Assembly (NCBI GenBank): GCA_002471845.1
Contig: DKQT01000018.1
Span: forward strand, 59,807-123,806
Reading direction: 5' to 3'
Length of the DNA: 64,000 bases
Origin: Fidelibacterota bacterium UBA7301
GTDB lineage: Bacteria; Fidelibacterota; Marinisomatia; Marinisomatales; TCS55
Shown here in pieces: positions 38,939 to 48,016 of the stretch. Under the pieces are notes generated by a model, which ran no database searches, was not told the DNA's origin, and saw only the letters and a list, made by a program, of their open reading frames with translations. Positions within the stretch are counted from its first letter, which is position 1, and each line of letters opens with the position of its first letter. The position numbers were made by a program, and so were the translations under genes.

Positions 38939-40732
38939 TTGGCTTATTTTAACATCAAAACCCTCGAGCAGTATTTTACCCTATTTGTTTTTATTGCTCT
39001 CGTTTTTCTTCCGGCCACGGAAGTAATTACTCGATTATTCGGCACCACTGGCGTGGTCGCTTCTTCGGTTCTGGTACAGCATTTTACTTTATGGATTGGT
39101 TTTGCGGGGGCTGTAATTGCCGCCCGCCGGAACAGGCTTTTATCCCTGACCACAAAACCGCTGTTCGAAACTGAAACCAACATTGATTGGTTCAAATTCA
39201 TCGGCAAGGTGACCACCATATTTATTGTATTGGCCCTGGCTTATGGCAGTTGGGGATTGGTCAAAATGGAAATGGATTATCCGGTGAAGATCGCACCGCT
39301 TCTGCCCAGATGGGGTGCACAAATGATTATGCCCGTGGGATTCATTTTTATCGCAATCCACATGTTTCTGAATGGTTATGACAGTTGGAAAAACAGGGGT
39401 ATCCTTTTTGGTTCTATTATCACAATCATCCTTTTGACTCGGTATGTGGAACCCCTACAGGAATCCCCGTTATTCATGTGGCTGGCAATCCTGCTTATCC
39501 TATTCTCGCTCATCAAGGGAGCGCCTATTTTTATCGGTTTGGGCGGTTTAGCAATCCTCTTTTTTTGGCGGGACTTTATTTCATTATCTGCAATTCCAGC
39601 GGAAGCCTATCGCATCGTTGTTTCGCCCACCTTACCGACAATTCCTTTATTTACTTTAGCAGGATACATATTAGCTGAGAGTAAGGCATCGGAACGGCTT
39701 GTCCGATTATTCAGGGCATTGTTTGGGTGGATACCGGGGGGCACGCCGGTGATACTCGTTCTTCTATGCGGATTTTTCACCGCTTTAACCGGCGGTTCAG
39801 GCGTAACCATCCTGGCCTTGGGCGGATTGCTGTTTCCATTGTTGATCCGGGAAGGATATTCAAAACATTTTTCATTGGGTCTCATCACCGTAGCCGGGTC
39901 ATTGGGATTATTATTTCCCCCGAGTTTACCTTTGATTATTTACGGTGTTACAGCTGCTGTTTCCGTGAAAGCCATATTTTTAGCGGGCATAATACCGGGG
40001 TTTATTCGGGTTGCCATGATTGGGGGATGGGCCGTTTGGCAGGGTAAGGTGCAGTCCGTGAAGCGCCACAGGTTAAACCTGGGTGATATTAAAACGTCCC
40101 TTTGGGATGCGAAGTGGGAAGCGATAATTCCCTTTTTTATTCTATTCGGGATATTCGGCGGATTCACCACTTTGGTAGAAACAGCCGCCATGACCGCCGT
40201 ATATGTCTTTATTGTCGAAGTATTTGTTTATAAGGACTTGAATTGGCGGGATATGAAAAAGATCATCCTGGATTGTTCAACACTTATAGGTGGTGTGCTG
40301 ATCATTCTCGGCGTTGCCATGGGGTTGACCAGCTATTTAGTGGATGCTCAAATTCCCATAAAACTTTTGGCCTGGGTCAAGACCGCCATTTCCTCAAAAA
40401 TAGTATTTCTTTTATTATTGAATCTTTTCCTTTTGGCAGTGGGCTGCATGATGGATATCTTTTCAGCCATCATTATTGTAGTGCCGTTAATCACACCATT
40501 GGGGGTCTATTTCGGAATTGATCCCGTTCATCTGGCGATCATTTTTATTGCCAACCTTGAATTGGGTTTTTTAACACCCCCCGTGGGGATGAATCTCTTT
40601 TTATCTGCCTATCGCTTTGAGGAGGATATGCCCACAATCTATAAATCCACTTTGCCGTTTTTTATGGTCATGCTAGTGAGTGTTTTGGTGATTACATATA
40701 TCCCGATTTTGTCCACTTGGGGGGGAAATTAA
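38939..40732 (+). CDS. TRAP transporter fused small/large permease (DctQ-DctM)
   Basis: 597 aa. About 4 N-terminal TM (DctQ-like) then about 12 TM (DctM-like) with FFTALTGGSGVTI and LELGFLTPPVGMNLF. Confidence 0.85.
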   Translation: MAYFNIKTLEQYFTLFVFIALVFLPATEVITRLFGTTGVVASSVLVQHFTLWIGFAGAVIAARRNRLLSLTTKPLFETETNIDWFKFIGKVTTIFIVLALAYGSWGLVKMEMDYPVKIAPLLPRWGAQMIMPVGFIFIAIHMFLNGYDSWKNRGILFGSIITIILLTRYVEPLQESPLFMWLAILLILFSLIKGAPIFIGLGGLAILFFWRDFISLSAIPAEAYRIVVSPTLPTIPLFTLAGYILAESKASERLVRLFRALFGWIPGGTPVILVLLCGFFTALTGGSGVTILALGGLLFPLLIREGYSKHFSLGLITVAGSLGLLFPPSLPLIIYGVTAAVSVKAIFLAGIIPGFIRVAMIGGWAVWQGKVQSVKRHRLNLGDIKTSLWDAKWEAIIPFFILFGIFGGFTTLVETAAMTAVYVFIVEVFVYKDLNWRDMKKIILDCSTLIGGVLIILGVAMGLTSYLVDAQIPIKLLAWVKTAISSKIVFLLLLNLFLLAVGCMMDIFSAIIIVVPLITPLGVYFGIDPVHLAIIFIANLELGFLTPPVGMNLFLSAYRFEEDMPTIYKSTLPFFMVMLVSVLVITYIPILSTWGGN

Positions 40733-40842
40733 TTATATATTACATTCTCTTGCCTCGTTTGAGGAGAACAGGGTAATTTCAAGCAAATTACAGGAGCGCC
40801 CATAAATAAACGCTAACGGTTGAATCGTTTCAAACATCATCG

Positions 40843-40862
40843 AAGGTTTTGAAAAACCTTTT
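40843..40862 (+). terminator. weak hairpin AAGGTTT-TGAA-AAACCTT + TT after TRAP permease gene
   Basis: 7-bp AT-rich stem read directly, followed by only a short T tract. Confidence 0.3.
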
Positions 40863-40898
40863 AAACATTATACCCCGAATCGGGGAAAGGACATTTCT

Positions 40899-42260
40899 AT
40901 GAAACGGATATATTCAATTGTGGCGGCGCTTCTGCTCCTGAGCAATCCGTCCCTCAATGCACAAAGTGAAGCAGGTGCGATATTTCTGCTCATATCGCCC
41001 GGTGCCCGTGCCGGCGGGATGGGTGAGGCACAGGTGGCTATCGCTAATGATGCCTATGCCAGTTATTGGAATCCTGCGGGATTGGCCTTCCAGGATGGTT
41101 CCGAAATTGCCTTCATGCACGTGAATTGGTTGCCGAATTTAGCCGATGACCTGTACTATGAATTCTTGGGATTCCGAAAACATTACCCGAACCTGGGGAC
41201 GCTGGGTGGTCATTTAATCTACCTCAACCTGGGAGAACAGGTGCGTATGGATGAATTCGCCCAATACCAGGGAAAATTCACTTCCTACATGATGGCAGCA
41301 GCCCTGTCCTACAGTTCTAAATTATCATCCACCTCTTCCTTTGGGATGAATGCCAAAATTTCTTACCAGCATTTGGTTGAAATTGCCACCGGTTCTGAGA
41401 AGGGAAAAGGTACTTCCATTGATTTTGGTTTTGATCTTGGATATATGAATAAAAGCTGGCTAACGCCCCGCATGGATTTGGGTGTAACCATGACCAATAT
41501 CGGGCCGAAAGTTTCTTTTATTGATCCGGACCAGGCCGATCCCCAACCGACAAATTTAACTTTTGGACTGGCTTATGAGGTGATTAGAAATGACTTTAAT
41601 AGTCTGAAGTTGGTCTATGATGTGGACAAACTGTTAGTGGCCTCATACCCGGATATGGATTGGGACGGGGACGGTATGATAGGCGGTTTTAACAAAAATG
41701 GAAAAGAAGGCACAAAAAATTCAGATTATAACCGCAATGGAAAACTGGAAGCAGCCCATAAGGATCCGATCTATAAAGCCATATTTACTTCCTGGGTGGA
41801 TGACTGGCTTCTCGGCGGCGATATTGACAGGGCCATACCTGGTGAGGTTACCGATAAAAAAATCGGCGGTTGGGAATGGGCCGGCGACGCTAACGGAAAT
41901 GAAAAGCTGGACCCTGAAGAAATGATAGACACCGCCAAGGAATACGGCGCTGTTTTCGGTGATGATAACTGGGGCATTTATAATGAGTGGGGCCAAAAAG
42001 AAGTGGGCTCGGCCAAGGATCGTACCATTCAGAATGAACTTGATAAGCTCGTTCACAACTTCGGTATGGAATACTGGTATTCATCCTATTTTGCCCTCCG
42101 CACGGGATACTATTTCGACAAAACGGGTAAGATTCAAAACCCTACCTTTGGTGTAGGATTGCGTTTTTCTAACTACGGATTTGATTTTGGATATACATCT
42201 GGAGCACCCGGTCATCCACTGACCAATACCATGCGGTTCTCCATGAACATTCAGTTATAG
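40899..42260 (+). CDS. porV: PorV/PorQ-family outer-membrane beta-barrel (T9SS shuttle-type) with large internal insertion
   Basis: Signal peptide, then the family-typical AGAIFLLISPGARAGGMGEAQVAIANDAYASYWNPAGLA. Ends in beta strands (MRFSMNIQL). A roughly 140-aa insertion carries DxDxDG-like loops. Confidence 0.75.
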   Translation: MKRIYSIVAALLLLSNPSLNAQSEAGAIFLLISPGARAGGMGEAQVAIANDAYASYWNPAGLAFQDGSEIAFMHVNWLPNLADDLYYEFLGFRKHYPNLGTLGGHLIYLNLGEQVRMDEFAQYQGKFTSYMMAAALSYSSKLSSTSSFGMNAKISYQHLVEIATGSEKGKGTSIDFGFDLGYMNKSWLTPRMDLGVTMTNIGPKVSFIDPDQADPQPTNLTFGLAYEVIRNDFNSLKLVYDVDKLLVASYPDMDWDGDGMIGGFNKNGKEGTKNSDYNRNGKLEAAHKDPIYKAIFTSWVDDWLLGGDIDRAIPGEVTDKKIGGWEWAGDANGNEKLDPEEMIDTAKEYGAVFGDDNWGIYNEWGQKEVGSAKDRTIQNELDKLVHNFGMEYWYSSYFALRTGYYFDKTGKIQNPTFGVGLRFSNYGFDFGYTSGAPGHPLTNTMRFSMNIQL

Positions 42261-42271
42261 ATAAAGGTTAA

Positions 42272-45085
42272 ATGAACCGCTTTCCCAAATGCAGATGGGC
42301 TTTGGCCTTTCTGCTTTTTGCATATTTACCCATGGATGCCCAAGTTCTCGGGGACTTAATAGTGGCTCTCATCCGCGTTTCATTTCCGCCGGGGGATTAT
42401 CCTGGATTTACAGGAAATGGCAATTACGAATATGTTCAAAATGAAGTTTGCGGCGACTATACTATTGATCCTGCTCCCCATGATAAAAACTATTTTCAAT
42501 CCCACCTAGAAGCGGTGAATAATTATTTCCGGAAGGTCTCTTATGGAAAATTCGGGATTGATTTACATAATTCCACCGTATTTCCCATGGAGAATGAGTC
42601 CAGTTATTTAATCAATAAACCCATGAACTATTACCATGAGATTAGTCACGATGAAGTTCATGAAAAACGGATTACTGAATTATTAAGGGATGCGGTTAAT
42701 AAAGCATTTGAAGTCGATAACATTGCTTTCAGTAAATATGACCTTGTTATTGTCGTCCATCCCGGTGTTGGACAGGATTTCAAATTACCATTTCTCGATC
42801 CGACGCCAGAAGATATTCCCTCAACATACGTGGATAATAATATGGTTAACACCCATTTAGGAGGACCGATCCAAGTTGGACGCATGTTCGTCCCCCATGG
42901 TATTATTGTTCCAGAAACGCAGAATCATCTTTTTTACGATGAATCAATATTTAGTCAATTATCTAGCCCTTGTGATGTACAATACAGCCTGACGGGTACC
43001 CTGACTATGATGATTGGCTTTGCCATAGGGTTGCCACCGCTTTGGGACTTAGAAACGGGTCAATCGGGAGTAGCCGTATTTAGTCTTATGGATCAGGGGT
43101 CGAATAATGGTCGCGGGATTATCCCTGCACCACCGGATGCATGGACGCGGATCTTTGCCGGTTGGGAGGAAGCCACAACATTTCAATATCCCGGGAAGAT
43201 TTCTATTCAAAGTGACATGCAAAACAGTATCGCCAAGGTCCCCATCAGCGCCGATGAATATTTTCTGATCGAAAACAGAAATAACTGGTTCCGGAATGGG
43301 GTCAGTATTGATTCGGCTCGCTATGCTGTTTGGGAAAAGGCGAATGAACATCCGCCGTTTATTAATGTAATGATTGATTCAGTTAGAGTAGGAAAGGATG
43401 AAAATGGCGTTATAACCGATATCCCCAATTATGATTTGGGTTTGCCCGCTTCGGGTCTTTTGATCTGGCATATTGATGAACAAAAAATACGAGGTGGGAT
43501 CAATTCATTTTTAATTAATGCTGACCGAAAACATCGTGGTATTGATCTTGAAGAAGCGGATGGTGCCCAGGATATTGGTTATGTATCCAATTTATTGACG
43601 GACCCTTCTTCCGGTTATTGGGGTGATATGTGGTTTACTGAGAATAAAGAATATTTCCGCGCCAATGCTGAGGGGAGTATGGATTTCTCCTCATTCACCT
43701 ATCCCAATACAAAATCCAATTCCGGCGCAAATTCAGGGATCCATATTAGCAATATCTCCAAAGCGGGGAAGATAATGACTTTTAATTTTTCATCCAGTTA
43801 TGATGTGGCCTATTTGAAGGATGAGAATAAATCAATTCTTTTTCAATGGGATGTGGATGGTGATGGTGATTTGGATTTTGTGGGCGAAGGGGATTCGCTT
43901 TGGTGGGGGGATGACCTTAATGAAGTGAATGCATTTAATAAAAATGATGGTGAAAATCTTCAAGTTTGCATTGTTCAAAATTCGAATCCTACAGCGATTG
44001 CCATAGCAAAACGAATGGGTACAGAACAAATTTTTGAGTGGTTTGAGTATGATCCATCTAATAAAAAATTGTTTCTGAAGTGGAAGAATAAAAAAGAGAC
44101 AGTCAACATTTTTAATCTTTTCAAAGCGGAAGCCGATGAGGAAAGAATCATCATCCAGGATGGCACCTCCTTCTACCAGGTTAAAAATGAAAACATTTCA
44201 TCTATCGATCCCAATGAGGAGTTATTTCCCTTAACCGTTTTTGATGGGAGTTGGACCTTTCAAAATGATCAGTATTTCTCTTATGAAAAATTCCCAATTC
44301 TGACAATTCGAGGGATAGAATCCCATTTTGAAAATGTGTCTTTATTAGATTTAGAAAATGACGGCCACGCTGAAATAGTCGTTGTTGACCATGAAGGGAA
44401 TATTCATGCCTTATCTGAAGGATCAATATATAAAAACGGATTTCCAATTTCAGCAATGGCGGTAGGACCTGTGTTAGGTATGGATCTATTGGATGACAGA
44501 AAAAGGGAACTCATATATCAGCATCAGGATGGGACGATTCGAATTTTAGATTTTGAAGGCGCGGAATTAGAAAGAATTGCCACATCTGGGTCATTAAAAG
44601 GATTGAGTAATTATAACGATAAACATGTGATACTGACAGGAAATAATCTCATCTCCTTCAAGGAAAATTGGGATGGGGCTGTTAATGAATGGGCTTATCC
44701 TAATGGAACAGCTGATCGGTCATCATTGTTACTAACTGGAGACTATACACCCCTAATCCCCTTTTTATTAGATCAAGAACAATCCTATGCCTATCCAAAT
44801 CCTTCTTATGGTGAGGATGTCATTTTTAGGATTCATGTTGGAGAAGCTAAAACTATTAATATTAATATTTTTGATTTGGCTGGTTTTCCTGTTGAGACAT
44901 TGAAAAAAGAAACAATTATCTCTCAGCCAACTGGTTCAAATTCTAGATTTTATATTTTGAGAAATTCCATTGAAATACCATGGTCGGTTTCAAATATTAA
45001 CTCAGGTGTATATTTCGCTCGTGTGGTGGTTAAGTTAGGAGGCCAGTCGGAAGAAAAGATCATCAAAGTAGGCGTTATTAAATAA
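42272..45085 (+). CDS. T9SS-sorted M6 (immune inhibitor A)-like protein with all zinc-site residues substituted; FG-GAP-like repeats; C-terminal sorting domain
   Basis: M6-like collinear blocks: LIVALIRVSFPP, YFRKVSYGKF, DLVIVVHPGVGQD, FSLMDQGSNNG, EYFLIENRNN, GLLIWHIDEQ, IDLEEADGAQD. The HExxHxxGxxD position reads MMIGFAIGLPP (43007-43039). FG-GAP-like WDVDGDGDLDF and LENDGHAEIVVVD are present. The last ~100 aa (44783-45082: YAYPNPS...SGVYFARVV...VGVIK) fit a Por_Secre_tail CTD. Confidence 0.7.
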   Translation: MNRFPKCRWALAFLLFAYLPMDAQVLGDLIVALIRVSFPPGDYPGFTGNGNYEYVQNEVCGDYTIDPAPHDKNYFQSHLEAVNNYFRKVSYGKFGIDLHNSTVFPMENESSYLINKPMNYYHEISHDEVHEKRITELLRDAVNKAFEVDNIAFSKYDLVIVVHPGVGQDFKLPFLDPTPEDIPSTYVDNNMVNTHLGGPIQVGRMFVPHGIIVPETQNHLFYDESIFSQLSSPCDVQYSLTGTLTMMIGFAIGLPPLWDLETGQSGVAVFSLMDQGSNNGRGIIPAPPDAWTRIFAGWEEATTFQYPGKISIQSDMQNSIAKVPISADEYFLIENRNNWFRNGVSIDSARYAVWEKANEHPPFINVMIDSVRVGKDENGVITDIPNYDLGLPASGLLIWHIDEQKIRGGINSFLINADRKHRGIDLEEADGAQDIGYVSNLLTDPSSGYWGDMWFTENKEYFRANAEGSMDFSSFTYPNTKSNSGANSGIHISNISKAGKIMTFNFSSSYDVAYLKDENKSILFQWDVDGDGDLDFVGEGDSLWWGDDLNEVNAFNKNDGENLQVCIVQNSNPTAIAIAKRMGTEQIFEWFEYDPSNKKLFLKWKNKKETVNIFNLFKAEADEERIIIQDGTSFYQVKNENISSIDPNEELFPLTVFDGSWTFQNDQYFSYEKFPILTIRGIESHFENVSLLDLENDGHAEIVVVDHEGNIHALSEGSIYKNGFPISAMAVGPVLGMDLLDDRKRELIYQHQDGTIRILDFEGAELERIATSGSLKGLSNYNDKHVILTGNNLISFKENWDGAVNEWAYPNGTADRSSLLLTGDYTPLIPFLLDQEQSYAYPNPSYGEDVIFRIHVGEAKTININIFDLAGFPVETLKKETIISQPTGSNSRFYILRNSIEIPWSVSNINSGVYFARVVVKLGGQSEEKIIKVGVIK

Positions 45086-48015
45086 TGAAACTTCGTTTTA
45101 TTTTATTAGTTTCTTTAGCTTTAGGACAAGTGAGTTATAACCATCCCGAACTGGATTGGAAAACCATAGAGACGGATCATTTTCGGATCCATTTTTATGG
45201 TGAAACCGAACAGTCCGCACTAGAGGGCGCATATGTGGCTGAACGGATCTATCCCTTTGTCACCAACCTCTACCTATACGAACCATTCGATAAGACCGAT
45301 ATTGTCTTCACTGATGTGGATGATATTTCCAACGGCGCCGCCTATTTTTACGATAATAAAATTGTCATCTGGACTAGTCCATTGGATTTTGAATTACGGG
45401 GTTCCCATCGTTGGCTCCAAAATGTGATCACCCATGAATTCACCCATATTGTCTCTATCCAGCGTGCCCAAAAGTTTGGTAAGTCCGTCCCCGGGGGATA
45501 CCTCCAATGGATAGGCTACGAAAAAGAGAAACGGCCAGATGTGCTCTATGGTTACCCTAATACGCTGGTGAGTTATCCCATCCCCGGAACAGTGGTGCCG
45601 CCGTGGCTGGCTGAAGGGGCGGCCCAGTTTATGTATCCCGGGGCGGATTGGGATAACTGGGATTCGGTCCGTGATATGATCTTGCGTGACAGGGTGTTAA
45701 ATAATAATATGCTTTCATGGCGGGAGATGAATACTTTTGGCAAAAGTGGCATCGGAAATGAATCGGTATATAATGCAGGCTTTGCATTAGCTCGATATTT
45801 GGCGGTGAAGTACGGTCCGGAATCCTTAGAAAAGATTATGGCATCTCTGAGTAAGCCCATGAATTATTCCATTAATCGCGCCTTCAAAGATGCTACGGGT
45901 AGAGAAGGAAAACTGGTTTATGATGAGTTTGAAACTGTTTTAAAAACGCGGTATGAAACCCTCACCGAATCGGTCATAGAAAATGAATTGAAAGGCAGAA
46001 TCATCCACGAAAGGGGAACGGTCAATTTTTTTCCTATCTGGAATGAAGACGGCACTAAAATTGCCTATATCTCAAACCAGGATCATGATTATTTCGGCAG
46101 CACCGATTTGTTTATCTATCATTTGGAATCAAAGATTTCTGAGAAGATAATTGACGGAGTTTATTCGAAACCGACTTGGAATGGGAAAAAAATATACTAT
46201 GCAAAGAAAGGTAAAATGCCCAATAAGGTGGGATCTAAGTTTTATGATCTTTATGAATATGACCTTTCGACTCAAAAAGAATTTCGGCTAACGAAGGATG
46301 CGCGGTCATTTTTTCCAGTTTATAGCGCAACGGATAGTGCCTTATTTTATCTTGCAACTCATGATGGAACCCAAAATATTTTCAAGATCGATCTTCAGAC
46401 CAAGTCCACTGAAAAACTGACTGATTTTAATAATCGAGAAATAATTGGTGGACTGAATTATGATGAAGAAAACGACCGCCTTATTTTTGACATGACCACC
46501 CACCATTTTCGAAATATCCATTATTTAAGTTTGGAAGATTCAATATCAGGTACGGTATTAAATAATGAACTGTGGGATGAGCGCCAAAGTGACCATGTAA
46601 AAAATGGAATGGTTTACAGTGACGATCGGTCCGGAATTTTTAATCTGTATTTCATCGGGAAAGATAAACAAGGCTATTTGACCAATGTTTCCGGTGGTGC
46701 CTTCATGGCGGATATCCATGAGAACGGAAAGGTGGTTTATGCCCTTTTTACAAATGGACAGTATAAGCTCGCTATTCTTGATTCTATTCAAATTGCGGAT
46801 GACGCCAATGTGGGGTATACGCCACTGTATTTCCAGCGGAATAAGAACTTGAGTCCGGCCATAACTGAAACGGTTCGTGCTAATCCAAAAAAATATAAAG
46901 ACCATTTTCCACCCATGTTTACCATGCCCCGCATGGCCATGGATTACGGCACCTTCAAACCAGGGATCTATTTTTATTCCTCAGAAATATTGGACAAAGT
47001 AACGGTGACCGGTGGTGCGTCTGTGAACCGATCCAAAGATTTGGACCTGTTCTTTTTATTTGAGTATAAACATTTATTCCCAACACTGTTTTTTGAAACA
47101 TTTTATTTAACACGGAATACCGAGGAGAGCACGGCCTATTCTGTTTATAAATTGGACAATAATCTTAAATTTCGTCTCATTGAATTTCAAGGCGGATTGC
47201 GGATTCCATTTTATGGTACACAGTTTGAATTGTATGGCAGTTGGTCCCAGTACCGGGCATCCATTAAAGAGCAGGTTGTGGGAAAACCCCAGCTTCGATC
47301 AGGTTTTGGATATGATTATTTTAAGGGGACGGAAGCGGGGATCAATTGGAATTTGAGGCAATTTAAACGACGTATCGATCAGGATATCAATCCGGTGGGA
47401 TATGAGGTGGATGTGCAGGTAGGGAAGGAATGGAATCAATTTATTGACGGGCTGGACTTGTCGGAGTCCGGAACATTAATTTCAAAATTTAATAAGCACA
47501 ATTTTGTTCAGTCTGATATCAGGGGAAAATATTTGTGGGAAATTCCAAAGACAAACAGATGGACCGTATCCATTGGAGGACAGGCGGGATGGATATCCAA
47601 TGCGTCTGCCGATTCATTTTTTCACTTTTTCGCCGGCGGTATGCCCGGGCTTAAAGGGTATCCATTCTATTCGTTGGAGGGAACAAACATGGTCATAGGA
47701 GAATTGGGATTACGAATTCCTATATTCAGGGAAAAGCATATTCCAATGGGTTGGTTCACATTGCAGCATTCCACTATTGGTTTGGTGGGACAAATGGGAG
47801 ACGCCTGGAATCGTGATCAATCCAAATTCAGTGCGAAATCCTCCGCAGGTATAGAATTTCGTTTGGCCGGCTATTCATTTTATAATTATCCCACTTCCAT
47901 TGGATTAGAGCTGCACCGAGGCTTAGCTACATTTAAAATGGATATTGGGGATGGTAAAACACTAAAATATGGTGGTGAAAACCGATTTTATTTTACAGTA
48001 TTGTTCGGATTTTGA
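45085..48015 (+). CDS. outer-membrane fusion protein: gluzincin (HExxH+E) domain + TolB/PD40-like beta-propeller + Omp85-type beta-barrel without POTRA
   Basis: Signal peptide; HEFTH at 45433-45447; WLAEGAAQF with the Glu at 45613-45615. PD40-like repeats (FFPIWNEDGTKIAYISNQD, FFPVYSATDSALFYLATHDGTQNIF). Omp85-like FFAGGMPGLKGY (VRGY-type loop-6 motif) and a terminal FYFTVLFGF. Confidence 0.65.
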   Translation: MKLRFILLVSLALGQVSYNHPELDWKTIETDHFRIHFYGETEQSALEGAYVAERIYPFVTNLYLYEPFDKTDIVFTDVDDISNGAAYFYDNKIVIWTSPLDFELRGSHRWLQNVITHEFTHIVSIQRAQKFGKSVPGGYLQWIGYEKEKRPDVLYGYPNTLVSYPIPGTVVPPWLAEGAAQFMYPGADWDNWDSVRDMILRDRVLNNNMLSWREMNTFGKSGIGNESVYNAGFALARYLAVKYGPESLEKIMASLSKPMNYSINRAFKDATGREGKLVYDEFETVLKTRYETLTESVIENELKGRIIHERGTVNFFPIWNEDGTKIAYISNQDHDYFGSTDLFIYHLESKISEKIIDGVYSKPTWNGKKIYYAKKGKMPNKVGSKFYDLYEYDLSTQKEFRLTKDARSFFPVYSATDSALFYLATHDGTQNIFKIDLQTKSTEKLTDFNNREIIGGLNYDEENDRLIFDMTTHHFRNIHYLSLEDSISGTVLNNELWDERQSDHVKNGMVYSDDRSGIFNLYFIGKDKQGYLTNVSGGAFMADIHENGKVVYALFTNGQYKLAILDSIQIADDANVGYTPLYFQRNKNLSPAITETVRANPKKYKDHFPPMFTMPRMAMDYGTFKPGIYFYSSEILDKVTVTGGASVNRSKDLDLFFLFEYKHLFPTLFFETFYLTRNTEESTAYSVYKLDNNLKFRLIEFQGGLRIPFYGTQFELYGSWSQYRASIKEQVVGKPQLRSGFGYDYFKGTEAGINWNLRQFKRRIDQDINPVGYEVDVQVGKEWNQFIDGLDLSESGTLISKFNKHNFVQSDIRGKYLWEIPKTNRWTVSIGGQAGWISNASADSFFHFFAGGMPGLKGYPFYSLEGTNMVIGELGLRIPIFREKHIPMGWFTLQHSTIGLVGQMGDAWNRDQSKFSAKSSAGIEFRLAGYSFYNYPTSIGLELHRGLATFKMDIGDGKTLKYGGENRFYFTVLFGF

Positions 48016-48016
48016 T

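Noticed and set aside
42635-42649. HEISH (an HExxH match) near the N-terminus of the 937-aa T9SS protein, as a possible active site.
   Set aside because: It lies about 125 aa upstream of where the M6 block order places the zinc site, in a region with no GxxD or third ligand context. A 5-residue pattern is expected by chance in long proteins. It still needs alignment confirmation.
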